Assembly: GCA_910587685.1 (NCBI GenBank)
Contig: CAJUMY010000004.1
Location: 47,706-111,705 of the forward strand
DNA length: 64,000 nt
DNA from: an uncultured Christensenellaceae bacterium
GTDB taxonomy: Bacteria > Bacillota > Clostridia > Christensenellales > UBA3700
Reading direction: 5' to 3'
The position numbers and the translations under genes were made by a program. Each line of letters begins with the position of its first letter. Within the stretch, counting starts at the first letter, position 1. The notes below the pieces were generated by a model that was not told the origin of the DNA, made no database searches, and worked only from the letters and a program-made list of their open reading frames with translations. Shown piece after piece: positions 9,117 through 16,615 of this stretch.

Positions 9117-10127
9117 TTACTTGCCGCCTTTGTCGCTTGTGTTGCGGTTTCCGTTAAAGGAAGTAGGCGGACTTTTCTTTGCCCTTGACTTTTTCAAAAG
9201 CGCGTCGAACTCGTCGGGATATGCGCTCATCATATCCGTTACCATTTTGAAAGCGGTGTCGTTTGCTTTGCCTTGCCGTTCAGCTTTTTGCAACTGCTCG
9301 AACAAATAGTCCGTATCTCTGTTCTTGATAGCGATATGCTCTTTGTACGCCGCGTTTTCTACACGCAAACTTTCTATTTCCGCTTCGACTGCCTTTTTCT
9401 TTTTCGGAATAGGCTTACTGCGCTCGGCTTCGATAGAACTTTCAATACCGCTTAAATATTCTTCGGCTTTGGTCTTGGCTTGCTTTTCCGTTTCTTCGGC
9501 TCTCTTTTCGGCACGGTCTATAATCGTCTTGGCTTTGAACTCTGCTGTGTCGATATGCTTTGCTTGGCTGCCTTCCTTGCCGCGTTCCAAACCCCATTTC
9601 TTGCCGACTTTTTCGTGAAAGTCCGTTTGCAATTCCCGTAAGCTCGCTCGCGTGAACAACTGCTTTGCGCTCAACTTGTTCCCGACGATAGGAATAAGAT
9701 TTAAGTGCAAATGCGGCGTTGTTTCGTCCGTGTGGACTACCGCCGAAATAATATTCTCTCTGCCGAATCTTTCGGCAAAATACTCCGTAGCGTCCTCAAA
9801 AAACCGTTGCCGTTCCCACGGCGTTAAGCCGATAAAGAAGTTACCGTCCGATCCGATAATAAACGAACACATCAACACCGCGTCGCTTCGTACTTTTCGC
9901 TTCAACGGCAGAGTGGAAATTCGTTCGTTGATGTATTCCATATAACTGCCTTGCGGATAAACGATGTGGTAGTTGTTGTGCGTTCTCGACAAATCTATTT
10001 GCGGGTTGTCCGGACTGTAATTCTCGTCGCGCTCGTTTTCCTTTTCGATAGGCGTTACGTTGTCGCGCTTTTTGTTGTTATACTTTTTCAGTGTGCAAAT
10101 CAGATAAGATATAGTTGTTTCCTCCAA
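9117..10127 (-). CDS. MobV-family relaxase (Mob/Pre, TnpZ-like)
   Basis: 336 aa. HTDETTPHLHLNLIP is the HxDExxPHxH motif of Mob_Pre relaxases. The C-terminus is a Lys/Glu-rich coiled coil. Confidence 0.85.
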   Translation of the reverse strand: MEETTISYLICTLKKYNNKKRDNVTPIEKENERDENYSPDNPQIDLSRTHNNYHIVYPQGSYMEYINERISTLPLKRKVRSDAVLMCSFIIGSDGNFFIGLTPWERQRFFEDATEYFAERFGRENIISAVVHTDETTPHLHLNLIPIVGNKLSAKQLFTRASLRELQTDFHEKVGKKWGLERGKEGSQAKHIDTAEFKAKTIIDRAEKRAEETEKQAKTKAEEYLSGIESSIEAERSKPIPKKKKAVEAEIESLRVENAAYKEHIAIKNRDTDYLFEQLQKAERQGKANDTAFKMVTDMMSAYPDEFDALLKKSRAKKSPPTSFNGNRNTSDKGGK

Positions 10128-10195
10128 AATAATTTTCTAATGTTATACCGCCGTAAATAAGCCCCGCAGGGCACACGAACTTATGTAGCGAAGCG

Positions 10196-10232
10196 GAATA
10201 AGTATAGTGTGCTATACCTATGGTATAGACGC
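10196..10232 (+). other. oriT-like site of the inner element (pMV158-type)
   Basis: TAAGTATAGTGTGCTATACCTATGGTATAG contains an inverted repeat around GTGTG. It closely resembles the pMV158 oriT AAGTATAGTGTG/TTATAC as I remember it, and lies ~70 nt upstream of the mob start. Confidence 0.5.
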
Positions 10233-10305
10233 CCGTCCGCGACGATATTTTGCTTCCCGTAACAGTACGGTTGGCGTGCGTGTTTGCTTTCCGTTTGCTT
10301 GCCGA

Positions 10306-10326
10306 TTAAGGCGGTCTGATTATCAT
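10306..10326 (-). CDS. conserved 6-codon mini-ORF MIIRPP* with RBS
   Basis: GGAGGTAA RBS 6 nt upstream of the ATG. A homologous mini-ORF (MIFKPP*) sits at the equivalent position of the second mob module (16425..16445). Confidence 0.3.
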   Translation of the reverse strand: MIIRPP

Positions 10327-10636
10327 AGTGATTACCTCCGAATTGTTAGTTTTATATCTTCGTCCACGCAAGAAAGAGCGGGAAAGATACCGTAAAAAAG
10401 GCGCGAAAAAAGCCGCTGAACGCTTAACGTATCACCGACTTCTAACCGTGTTTAGCAACGTCTGATTGCTCTATGGTGGTTAGCCATTCTATTGAATTGT
10501 TTGCATTATTTTAGCTCAAAAGATACTCCTTAACCAAAAAATTTGTAACACAAAATAGACCATCTACGCTATCCGACTTTCGCACTCTCAAAGAGATCTC
10601 GGATAACTCCGGCTGCACTCATTGTCATACAAAACT

Positions 10637-10802
10637 GTACGACAATAAAAGCCTATCACGGCTCACGAATTTTGCGTACACTTAAAAAACCTACGCTCTT
10701 TCCGTAAGCTAAGGCGAGGCGGCTATACCGCCCAAAACCTTCTGCTTTCTGTGGACGAACTCTTTAACGCCCACCGCAGAACTTCTACCCAAAAGGGTAC
10801 AC
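10637..10802 (-). repeat. ~165-bp conserved module, copy A (inverted relative to copy B at 16119..16283)
   Basis: The reverse complement aligns by eye with 16119..16283 with only scattered mismatches (e.g. GTTCTGCGGTGGGCGTTAAAGA, CAGAAGGTTTTGGGCGGTATA, CTTAGCTTACGGAAAGAGCGTAGGTTTTTT, GTACGCAAAATTCGT, GCCGTGATAGGCTTTTAT). Confidence 0.8.
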
Positions 10803-10830
10803 TGCCACAAACTACATTGTGGTAGTGCGC

Positions 10831-10859
10831 ATTATATCACAAACTTTTGTTCGTTGCAA
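10831..10859 (-). promoter_or_regulatory. strong promoter reading into module A (TTGCAA-17-TGnTATAAT)
   Basis: On the minus strand: -35 TTGCAA (10854..10859), 17-bp spacer, extended -10 TGATATAAT (10831..10839). Confidence 0.5.
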
Positions 10860-11097
10860 GCCTTTCACCGCCCATAAACGGGCGGTGAAACAAGTTTTTA
10901 TAGAAAGTTTTGTCGAAAAGTATAATCGAGCGATTATTTGTTTGAACCATTGTCTACCACTTGTTTTTTTGCATTGAATGTGATATAATGATTGTGCGAT
11001 AAACAGTAATTTAACGGAGATAGACCGATAAGGCGTAACTGTCTTATCGGTCTTTTATTCTAATAGAAATTATTTTGAGAAAATTACTTAAAAATGC

Positions 11098-11128
11098 TTG
11101 CTCGTTACGCCGCGTAATGAATTATAAT
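11098..11128 (+). promoter_or_regulatory. MerR-type promoter with 19-bp spacer and dyad operator
   Basis: -35 TTGCTC 11098..11103 and -10 TATAAT 11123..11128. The 19-bp spacer contains the palindrome TTACGC-C-GCGTAA (11105..11117). This geometry is typical of MerR-activated promoters. Confidence 0.55.
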
Positions 11129-11145
11129 ATATGCGAGGTATATTT

Positions 11146-11934
11146 ATGGCAAGATATAAAGCAATTCCGCAAGGCTATATGACGGTTGGCGAAGTCGCAA
11201 AGAAAATGGGTGTAACCGCTCGGGCGTTGCAATATTATGACCGCGAAGGGCTATTTAGTCCGTCTTGTATCAGCGAAGGCGGACGGCGTTTGTATAGTGA
11301 TAAAGATATTGTTAAGTTGCATCAAATACTTACTCTTAAATCGTTAGGGTTTTCATTTGATGAAATTAAAAATCGTTTGACTTCTATTGATACGCCACAA
11401 AAGGCAATAATAGCGTTGACCGAACAAAGCAATTCGATACAAACACAAATAAATACGCTTACGCAATCTTTACAAGCAATCGAATTATTAAAAAACGAAA
11501 TAGAACAAATGCAAACAGTTGACTTTTCAAAGTATGCCGATATAATTGTCAACTTGCAAATGGGAAATAAATATTACGGTTTAATTAAACATTTTGACGA
11601 TAATATGCTTGATTACTGTCATAAGAAATTCGATAAAGATACGGGTGTCGCGTTTATAAATAAGTTTAACTTTATTGTCAGTAAAATAGAAAAATGCGTT
11701 GAAAACGACATAGCACCCGACAGCGAACATGGACAACTTATTGCAAAAGAATTTTGGCAACTTATAACAGAGTTCACGGGCGGCGATATGAGTATATTAT
11801 CACAACTGATGAATTTCGGTAACGCGCAAGCGGGTATCGATATGCAAAACGTTCTAAATACTTTTATCCAGCCTGCACTGGGCGTTTATTTTGAGAATTT
11901 GGGTATTAACCCTTTCGAGGTAAAAAATGAATAA
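11146..11934 (+). CDS. MerR-family transcriptional regulator
   Basis: N-terminal HTH YMTVGEVAKKMGVTARALQYYDREGLFSP...GGRRLYSDKDI. GAGGT RBS precedes the ATG at 11146. Has a ~190-aa C-terminal effector domain. Confidence 0.85.
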   Translation: MARYKAIPQGYMTVGEVAKKMGVTARALQYYDREGLFSPSCISEGGRRLYSDKDIVKLHQILTLKSLGFSFDEIKNRLTSIDTPQKAIIALTEQSNSIQTQINTLTQSLQAIELLKNEIEQMQTVDFSKYADIIVNLQMGNKYYGLIKHFDDNMLDYCHKKFDKDTGVAFINKFNFIVSKIEKCVENDIAPDSEHGQLIAKEFWQLITEFTGGDMSILSQLMNFGNAQAGIDMQNVLNTFIQPALGVYFENLGINPFEVKNE

Positions 11935-12739
11935 TATAATCGCGGTCAATGAATTAAAAAAGAGTTACGGCGCGAACTCCGTATTGAAAGGTATAAATTT
12001 AACCGTGCATAAAGGCGAAATCTTTGCTTTGCTCGGCGTAAACGGTGCGGGAAAAACTACGGCTTTGGAATGTATTGAGGGCTTACGCACTTACGATAGC
12101 GGAAATATAACCGTAAACGGGAAAATCGGTATTCAATTACAATCGTCCGCTTTACAAGCCTATATTAAACCTATGGAAGCCGTTAAACTGTTTGCGAATT
12201 GGCATAAAACCGTACCCGATAAAGAAATGTTAAATGCTTTCGGAATACCCGAATTGTCCAAAAAGAAATATGCCGATTTATCAACGGGACAAAAACGCCG
12301 CTTACACCTTGCGCTTGCCCTTATAGGCAACCCCGATATTATTTTTCTTGACGAACCGACGGCGGGGCTTGACGTTGAAGGGCGCGTATCGCTACACGAG
12401 CAAATCCGCGCATTAAAATCACAAGGTAAAACAATAATTCTTGCAAGCCACGATATGGCGGAAGTTGAAGAATTATGCGACAGAGTAGCAGTTTTACGGG
12501 ACGGGAATATTGCTTTTATCGGAACGGTTGACGAATTTACCGCTATGGGCGGCAAAAGGCATATTATACGCATTAAAACTGCCGACGGGCAAAATGAATA
12601 CGAAACGGAAAATATAACAGAAACTTTGTTTACGCTATTATCGGAATACAAGCAAAAAGGAATACCGATTTCCGAAATTCAGACCGACAGAGTGTCGCTT
12701 GAACAAAATTTTATAAACATTGTGAGAGGTGCGGAATAA
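11927..12739 (+). CDS. ABC transporter ATP-binding protein
   Basis: Walker A GVNGAGKTT, signature LSTGQKRRL, Walker B IIFLDEPTAGLD. Overlaps merR by 8 nt. Confidence 0.9.
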   Translation: MNNIIAVNELKKSYGANSVLKGINLTVHKGEIFALLGVNGAGKTTALECIEGLRTYDSGNITVNGKIGIQLQSSALQAYIKPMEAVKLFANWHKTVPDKEMLNAFGIPELSKKKYADLSTGQKRRLHLALALIGNPDIIFLDEPTAGLDVEGRVSLHEQIRALKSQGKTIILASHDMAEVEELCDRVAVLRDGNIAFIGTVDEFTAMGGKRHIIRIKTADGQNEYETENITETLFTLLSEYKQKGIPISEIQTDRVSLEQNFINIVRGAE

Positions 12740-13449
12740 TGAAAGCATTACTGTACGGAATTGGTTTGCAATTCAAGTTTGACATACGCAGTAAAGGTAT
12801 GCTTATTGCTTGTTATCTCGTGCCGCTTATATTTTTCCTGTTTATGGGCGGGATTTTCACTTCTATTGATCCAAACGCTACAAAAACACTTACCTCGTCT
12901 ATGACGGTATTTACAATCATAATGAGCGCATTGTTCGGCTTACCGCCCGCAGTTGCGGAAATCTACGGAACAGATGTTAAAAAGGTCTATAAGGCAAACG
13001 GCGCACCTATTTGGTTCGGCGTTATATCGCAATTTATTTCGTCTTTTATACATACGCTTATTTGTTGTCTTATAGTATTTGCTCTTTCGCCTTTAATTTT
13101 CAAAGCGGAGTTGCCATCTAATTTATTGTGGTATTTCTTATCACTTGTAGCATTACTTGCGGTAACTCTTGCTATCGGTTGTGTTTTCGGGCTTTTGATT
13201 AAACAGCAAGCAAAGTTGACAATGGTAGCAATGGCAATATTTTTGCCTTCCACTATGCTGTCGGGCATTATGTTTCCCGCAGATATGTTGCCACAATTTA
13301 TGCAATATATTGCCTATGCTTTCCCCGCGACAATAGCATTTAAGGCAATGACGAGTTTTCAAGTTTGGCATTTACCCGTATTGTTCGGTATATTTATTTT
13401 ACTTTGCGACGTTATCGCTCTACTGTTAAAAATTAAAGTCAAAAGATAG
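12739..13449 (+). CDS. ABC-2 type transporter permease
   Basis: 236 aa with ~6 hydrophobic helices. Its start overlaps the ATPase stop (ATGA-type coupling). Confidence 0.75.
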   Translation: MKALLYGIGLQFKFDIRSKGMLIACYLVPLIFFLFMGGIFTSIDPNATKTLTSSMTVFTIIMSALFGLPPAVAEIYGTDVKKVYKANGAPIWFGVISQFISSFIHTLICCLIVFALSPLIFKAELPSNLLWYFLSLVALLAVTLAIGCVFGLLIKQQAKLTMVAMAIFLPSTMLSGIMFPADMLPQFMQYIAYAFPATIAFKAMTSFQVWHLPVLFGIFILLCDVIALLLKIKVKR

Positions 13450-13597
13450 ATTTCCTTAAATAAAATTTCAATTTAGCGTTCTAAATGTGTTGATAAAAAG
13501 TCGAGATTCCATAAGGAGTCCCGACTTTTGCTTTTACATTGATTTGTCCGCTTTAATTCTAATTTAGATTTTGTGTGTCCATTTGCGTAAACTACAT

Positions 13598-14417
13598 TAA
13601 GGGTAAGTAAATAATCATCTTCGGCTTTATGTCTTGCAGGTGCTTTCTTGTTTTTTGCCAAACGCTGTTGCACTCTCTCGAAAACATCTTCCGATACAAG
13701 CGGTGGAATAATGTTCGGTACTGTTACATCTCGGAATTTATATTCGCCCAAATACCTGCGGTTAGATAACATACGCTGAACGCCCGTGCCGTTAATCTTG
13801 CCGCCCCGATAAGAGCGGATTTTCTTTTTGTCAAGGTAGTCAACGATATACTTAATTGTATGACCGTCGGCGTACATTGTAAATATCTCTTGAAGGATAG
13901 GTGCAAAGGTTTCGTGCGGCTCGAACTTTCTTTCCGCATTTAGTTTATAGCCGAAAGTAATTTGTCCGCCGTTGTTTATGCCTTTGAGTACGTTTTCAGT
14001 CATACCACGCACAACCTTTTCGGCAAGCTCGGCAGAATAGTATTCCGCCATACCTTCCAAAACCGATTCAAGGAGTATGCCTTCCGAGCCTTCGGCAATA
14101 GCTTCTTTTGCGGATACAACTTTTACACCGTTTTTGCGGAGTAGTGCTTTGTAGTGTGCGCTGTCGTAACGGTTACGGGAAAAGCGGTCTAACTTCCAAA
14201 CTATAATGCAATCGAAAGCGTGTTTATAGCTGTCCTTAATCATTTGCTGAAATTCGGGACGGTTATCCGATTTAGCGGAAAGCGCACGGTCTATGTAAGA
14301 CTTGATAACGTCAATTCCTGCGTGTTCGGCAAATTCCATACACTCACGAAGCTGACCTTCGATAGACGCTTCCGTTTGGTTGTCTGAACTGTATCTTGCG
14401 TAAATGACTGCTCTCAT
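13598..14417 (-). pseudogene. large serine recombinase of the outer element, N-terminal half
   Basis: MRAVIYARYSSDNQTEASIEGQ... is the resolvase catalytic Ser domain. The homologous sequence ends at ...AEDDYLLTL (codon 273, 13601..13599). The ORF then runs into inner-element DNA to a stop at 13473. Confidence 0.8.
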
Positions 14418-14418
14418 T

Positions 14419-15516
14419 TTAACCTCTGTTCAATTTGTATTTTTCAGATAAAATATTGGTTGCATTTTTATGTTTGCTTAAAATAAATATATCCTTAATA
14501 TTTGATAATGTATTTGGGTCGTCTAGGTCATCTGTAGTTAAAGATAGCATGCTCGTTTGCCCTATAATTTTAGTTGTAGTTTTATCATTATCTATAACTT
14601 GTTTTATATCTTCTGTTAAAAAATAATCCTCCGCATAGAGTAAGACGATATAATTTATAACAGACAATTTTTCTTCTTCGGAAAGCTTCTTAAATTTTTT
14701 GTAAAAACTCCTATATCGAGTTTCATTATTATTGACAAAAAGAATAATTGCTGTTTTATTCTCAAGAGGAAAAATGCAAACATGTAATTCTTTTGTTTTA
14801 TATTTTGGATTATAGCAGTATATATCATTTATAATGTTACCGTCAAAATCAAGATAAAGTGTTATTTGTCCTTGATACGCAATTGGTGTAACATAATCTA
14901 ATAGTTTATAATAAATCAGATAATATCCATCATTATCATCCTTTTTTAATAACGATTTAGCTTTTCTAATAGAAGTATAATATTCTTCATAATCCATTTC
15001 TTTTATGGCTTGAATACCTTCAATAAAGTTTTCTTTACCTATGGTTTTTTCTTTAAGAACATCATACATCTTTATTTCATCCATACGTTTGCTAATGGCT
15101 TTGAGACCATTTTTTAAGGCAATTTGAGCTAAAATCTTTGAAGAAGGTTTTTCGTTATAAGCTTTTGGATTTTCGTATTCTTGAAATACAACGCTATCAC
15201 ATTCACGGCAAATGAGTCTAAATGTGCCTGCCTCATTTATACCGTTTTCAGATTTTATGTAAAACGGATATTTAACTATTGAGTTGCAAGTACAAACTTT
15301 TCCGTCCTTTTCTATATTTCTTAAACAAAACGCAGGGACAGTATGTGAGTTGCAAAAAGAAGTTTGTTCTTTGCCACAAATCAAGCAAGAAGAAGGTTTT
15401 GCACGATTTTTTGCCTCTCGCATAATGCGGCTCATAGTTTTGTTTATCTCAATCTTATCGCCGGTAAACTCACTATTCAATTTGTCACTATTTTCTTTTA
15501 AATTGAGTGCTTTCAT
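14419..15516 (-). CDS. orphan Cys-rich protein (365 aa), function unknown
   Basis: Long AT-rich ORF with N-terminal CLICG...CNSH and CRECD clusters. The stop is 1 nt from the recombinase ATG, and the gene is co-oriented with the upstream XRE gene. Confidence 0.6.
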   Translation of the reverse strand: MKALNLKENSDKLNSEFTGDKIEINKTMSRIMREAKNRAKPSSCLICGKEQTSFCNSHTVPAFCLRNIEKDGKVCTCNSIVKYPFYIKSENGINEAGTFRLICRECDSVVFQEYENPKAYNEKPSSKILAQIALKNGLKAISKRMDEIKMYDVLKEKTIGKENFIEGIQAIKEMDYEEYYTSIRKAKSLLKKDDNDGYYLIYYKLLDYVTPIAYQGQITLYLDFDGNIINDIYCYNPKYKTKELHVCIFPLENKTAIILFVNNNETRYRSFYKKFKKLSEEEKLSVINYIVLLYAEDYFLTEDIKQVIDNDKTTTKIIGQTSMLSLTTDDLDDPNTLSNIKDIFILSKHKNATNILSEKYKLNRG

Positions 15517-15583
15517 TAATCATTATAATCCTTGGTGTGTTATTTCATTTGGTTTAATTATTTCTCGTCATTAGACCAAAGCA

Positions 15584-15943
15584 TTATTCTTTTCCTTCTA
15601 AAATTTTCAATAGCGTTTCTTTCAATTTAGCATTTGCAGGAGAGGAAGGGTCGAAGCACATTTCGACAAACGCTTGCATTTGCTCGTTGTCTTGCCAAAC
15701 CTTCGGCTGAAAATCATAGAGCTTCCCTTGTGGACTATCGCACCTACCGTATATATAGTCAAGTGATACGTCGAAGTAATCCGCATACCATAAAAGAATA
15801 TTGCTCGGAACTTCCGATTGACTATTCTCATAACGGTTGACCGCAGACTGTACCATTTTGCCGTTTGCCTTTGCGATCTTTGCTTGTGATACTTTTGTGT
15901 TCTCGCGTAATGCTTTTAAGCGTTGACCTATAACTTTATTCAT
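15584..15943 (-). CDS. XRE-family helix-turn-helix regulator
   Basis: IGQRLKALRENTKVSQAKIAKANGKMVQSAVNRYENSQ is a typical HTH_XRE N-terminus. Confidence 0.8.
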   Translation of the reverse strand: MNKVIGQRLKALRENTKVSQAKIAKANGKMVQSAVNRYENSQSEVPSNILLWYADYFDVSLDYIYGRCDSPQGKLYDFQPKVWQDNEQMQAFVEMCFDPSSPANAKLKETLLKILEGKE

Positions 15944-16063
15944 TGAATCACCTCAAAAGAGAGTATAACACACTAGAAAGATAATGTCAATATAATATCT
16001 GGGTTAATTTAATCTTTTCGACAAAACTTCCCACAAATCGCAAACATTTGTTTATATAATTTA

Positions 16064-16092
16064 TTGACTTGCTACTGCCATTGTGATAAAAT
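16064..16092 (+). promoter_or_regulatory. strong promoter reading into module B (TTGACT-17-TGnTAAAAT)
   Basis: -35 TTGACT 16064..16069, 17-bp spacer ending in TGA, -10 TAAAAT 16087..16092. Confidence 0.5.
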
Positions 16093-16118
16093 TCATACTA
16101 TACGATATAAGTCGTATT

Positions 16119-16283
16119 GTACCCTTTTGAGGGTAGAGTTCTGCGGTGGGCGTTAAAGAATTTGCCCATAGGATGCAGAAGGTTTTGGGCGGTATAACCG
16201 CCTTGCCTTAGCTTACGGAAAGAGCGTAGGTTTTTTAGTTGTACGCAAAATTCGTATGCCGTGATAGGCTTTTATAAGTGTAC
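16119..16283 (+). repeat. ~165-bp conserved module, copy B
   Basis: See copy A (10637..10802). Same order relative to its promoter, mini-ORF, oriT and mob gene. Confidence 0.8.
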
Positions 16284-16318
16284 AATTTTTTAGCTATAAC
16301 GACGTTCAATATCAACAT

Positions 16319-16357
16319 TGAATCCGTGCGGAGCGTAATGCCGAGCGGATTTTTTGT
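16319..16357 (+). terminator. possible terminator/attenuator downstream of module B
   Basis: AATCCG...CGGATT stem (6 bp plus a weak inner stem) followed by TTTTTT. The loop is rather large. Confidence 0.35.
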
Positions 16358-16424
16358 CGTTGTATTTTTAGCTATCTACCACCTTTTGCGTGGACGAGAT
16401 AAATATATTTTGGAGGTAAACACA

Positions 16425-16445
16425 ATGATTTTCAAACCGCCATAA
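16425..16445 (+). CDS. conserved 6-codon mini-ORF MIFKPP* with RBS
   Basis: GGAGGTAA RBS 6 nt upstream. Homologous to 10306..10326. Confidence 0.3.
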   Translation: MIFKPP

Positions 16446-16494
16446 TACGGCAAGCAAACGGAAAGCAACTGCATAGGAAACAACTTATCGCCGA

Positions 16495-16522
16495 GCATAA
16501 GTGTAGCTCACTACACTTAGCA
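16495..16522 (-). other. oriT-like site of the outer element
   Basis: The minus strand reads AAGTGTAGTGAGCTACACTT, an inverted repeat homologous to AAGTATAGTGTGCTATAC of copy A. It lies ~100 nt upstream of the mob start. Confidence 0.45.
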
Positions 16523-16615
16523 AGCTAAGTTGCGTTCGCCCTGCGGGGCTTTCGACCGCACGACAAAACAGAGATTTTAAGGAGGATTTTAAGTATAAGT
16601 TATTTAGTATGCCAT

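Larger units (their letters stand above)
6907..13599. mobile_element. inner Tn4451-like mobilisable transposon (~6.7 kb) inserted inside the outer recombinase gene
   Basis: A TA dinucleotide sits at both junctions (6905..6906 and 13598..13599). Imperfect terminal inverted repeat CGCAAATGGACA (6912..6923) / TGTCCATTTGCG (13576..13587). Precise removal restores a 512-codon ORF. The element carries its own recombinase, relaxase, oriT and cargo. Confidence 0.7.

Noticed and set aside
10975-11060. Extended -10 promoter (TTGCAT...TGATATAAT) followed ~50 nt later by the hairpin AGACCGATAAG...CTTATCGGTCT + TTTTATT, considered as an sRNA gene upstream of merR.
   Set aside because: The unit is plausible but very short, with no conservation evidence available within the window. 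It may simply be a terminator insulating merR from the mob-region promoter.
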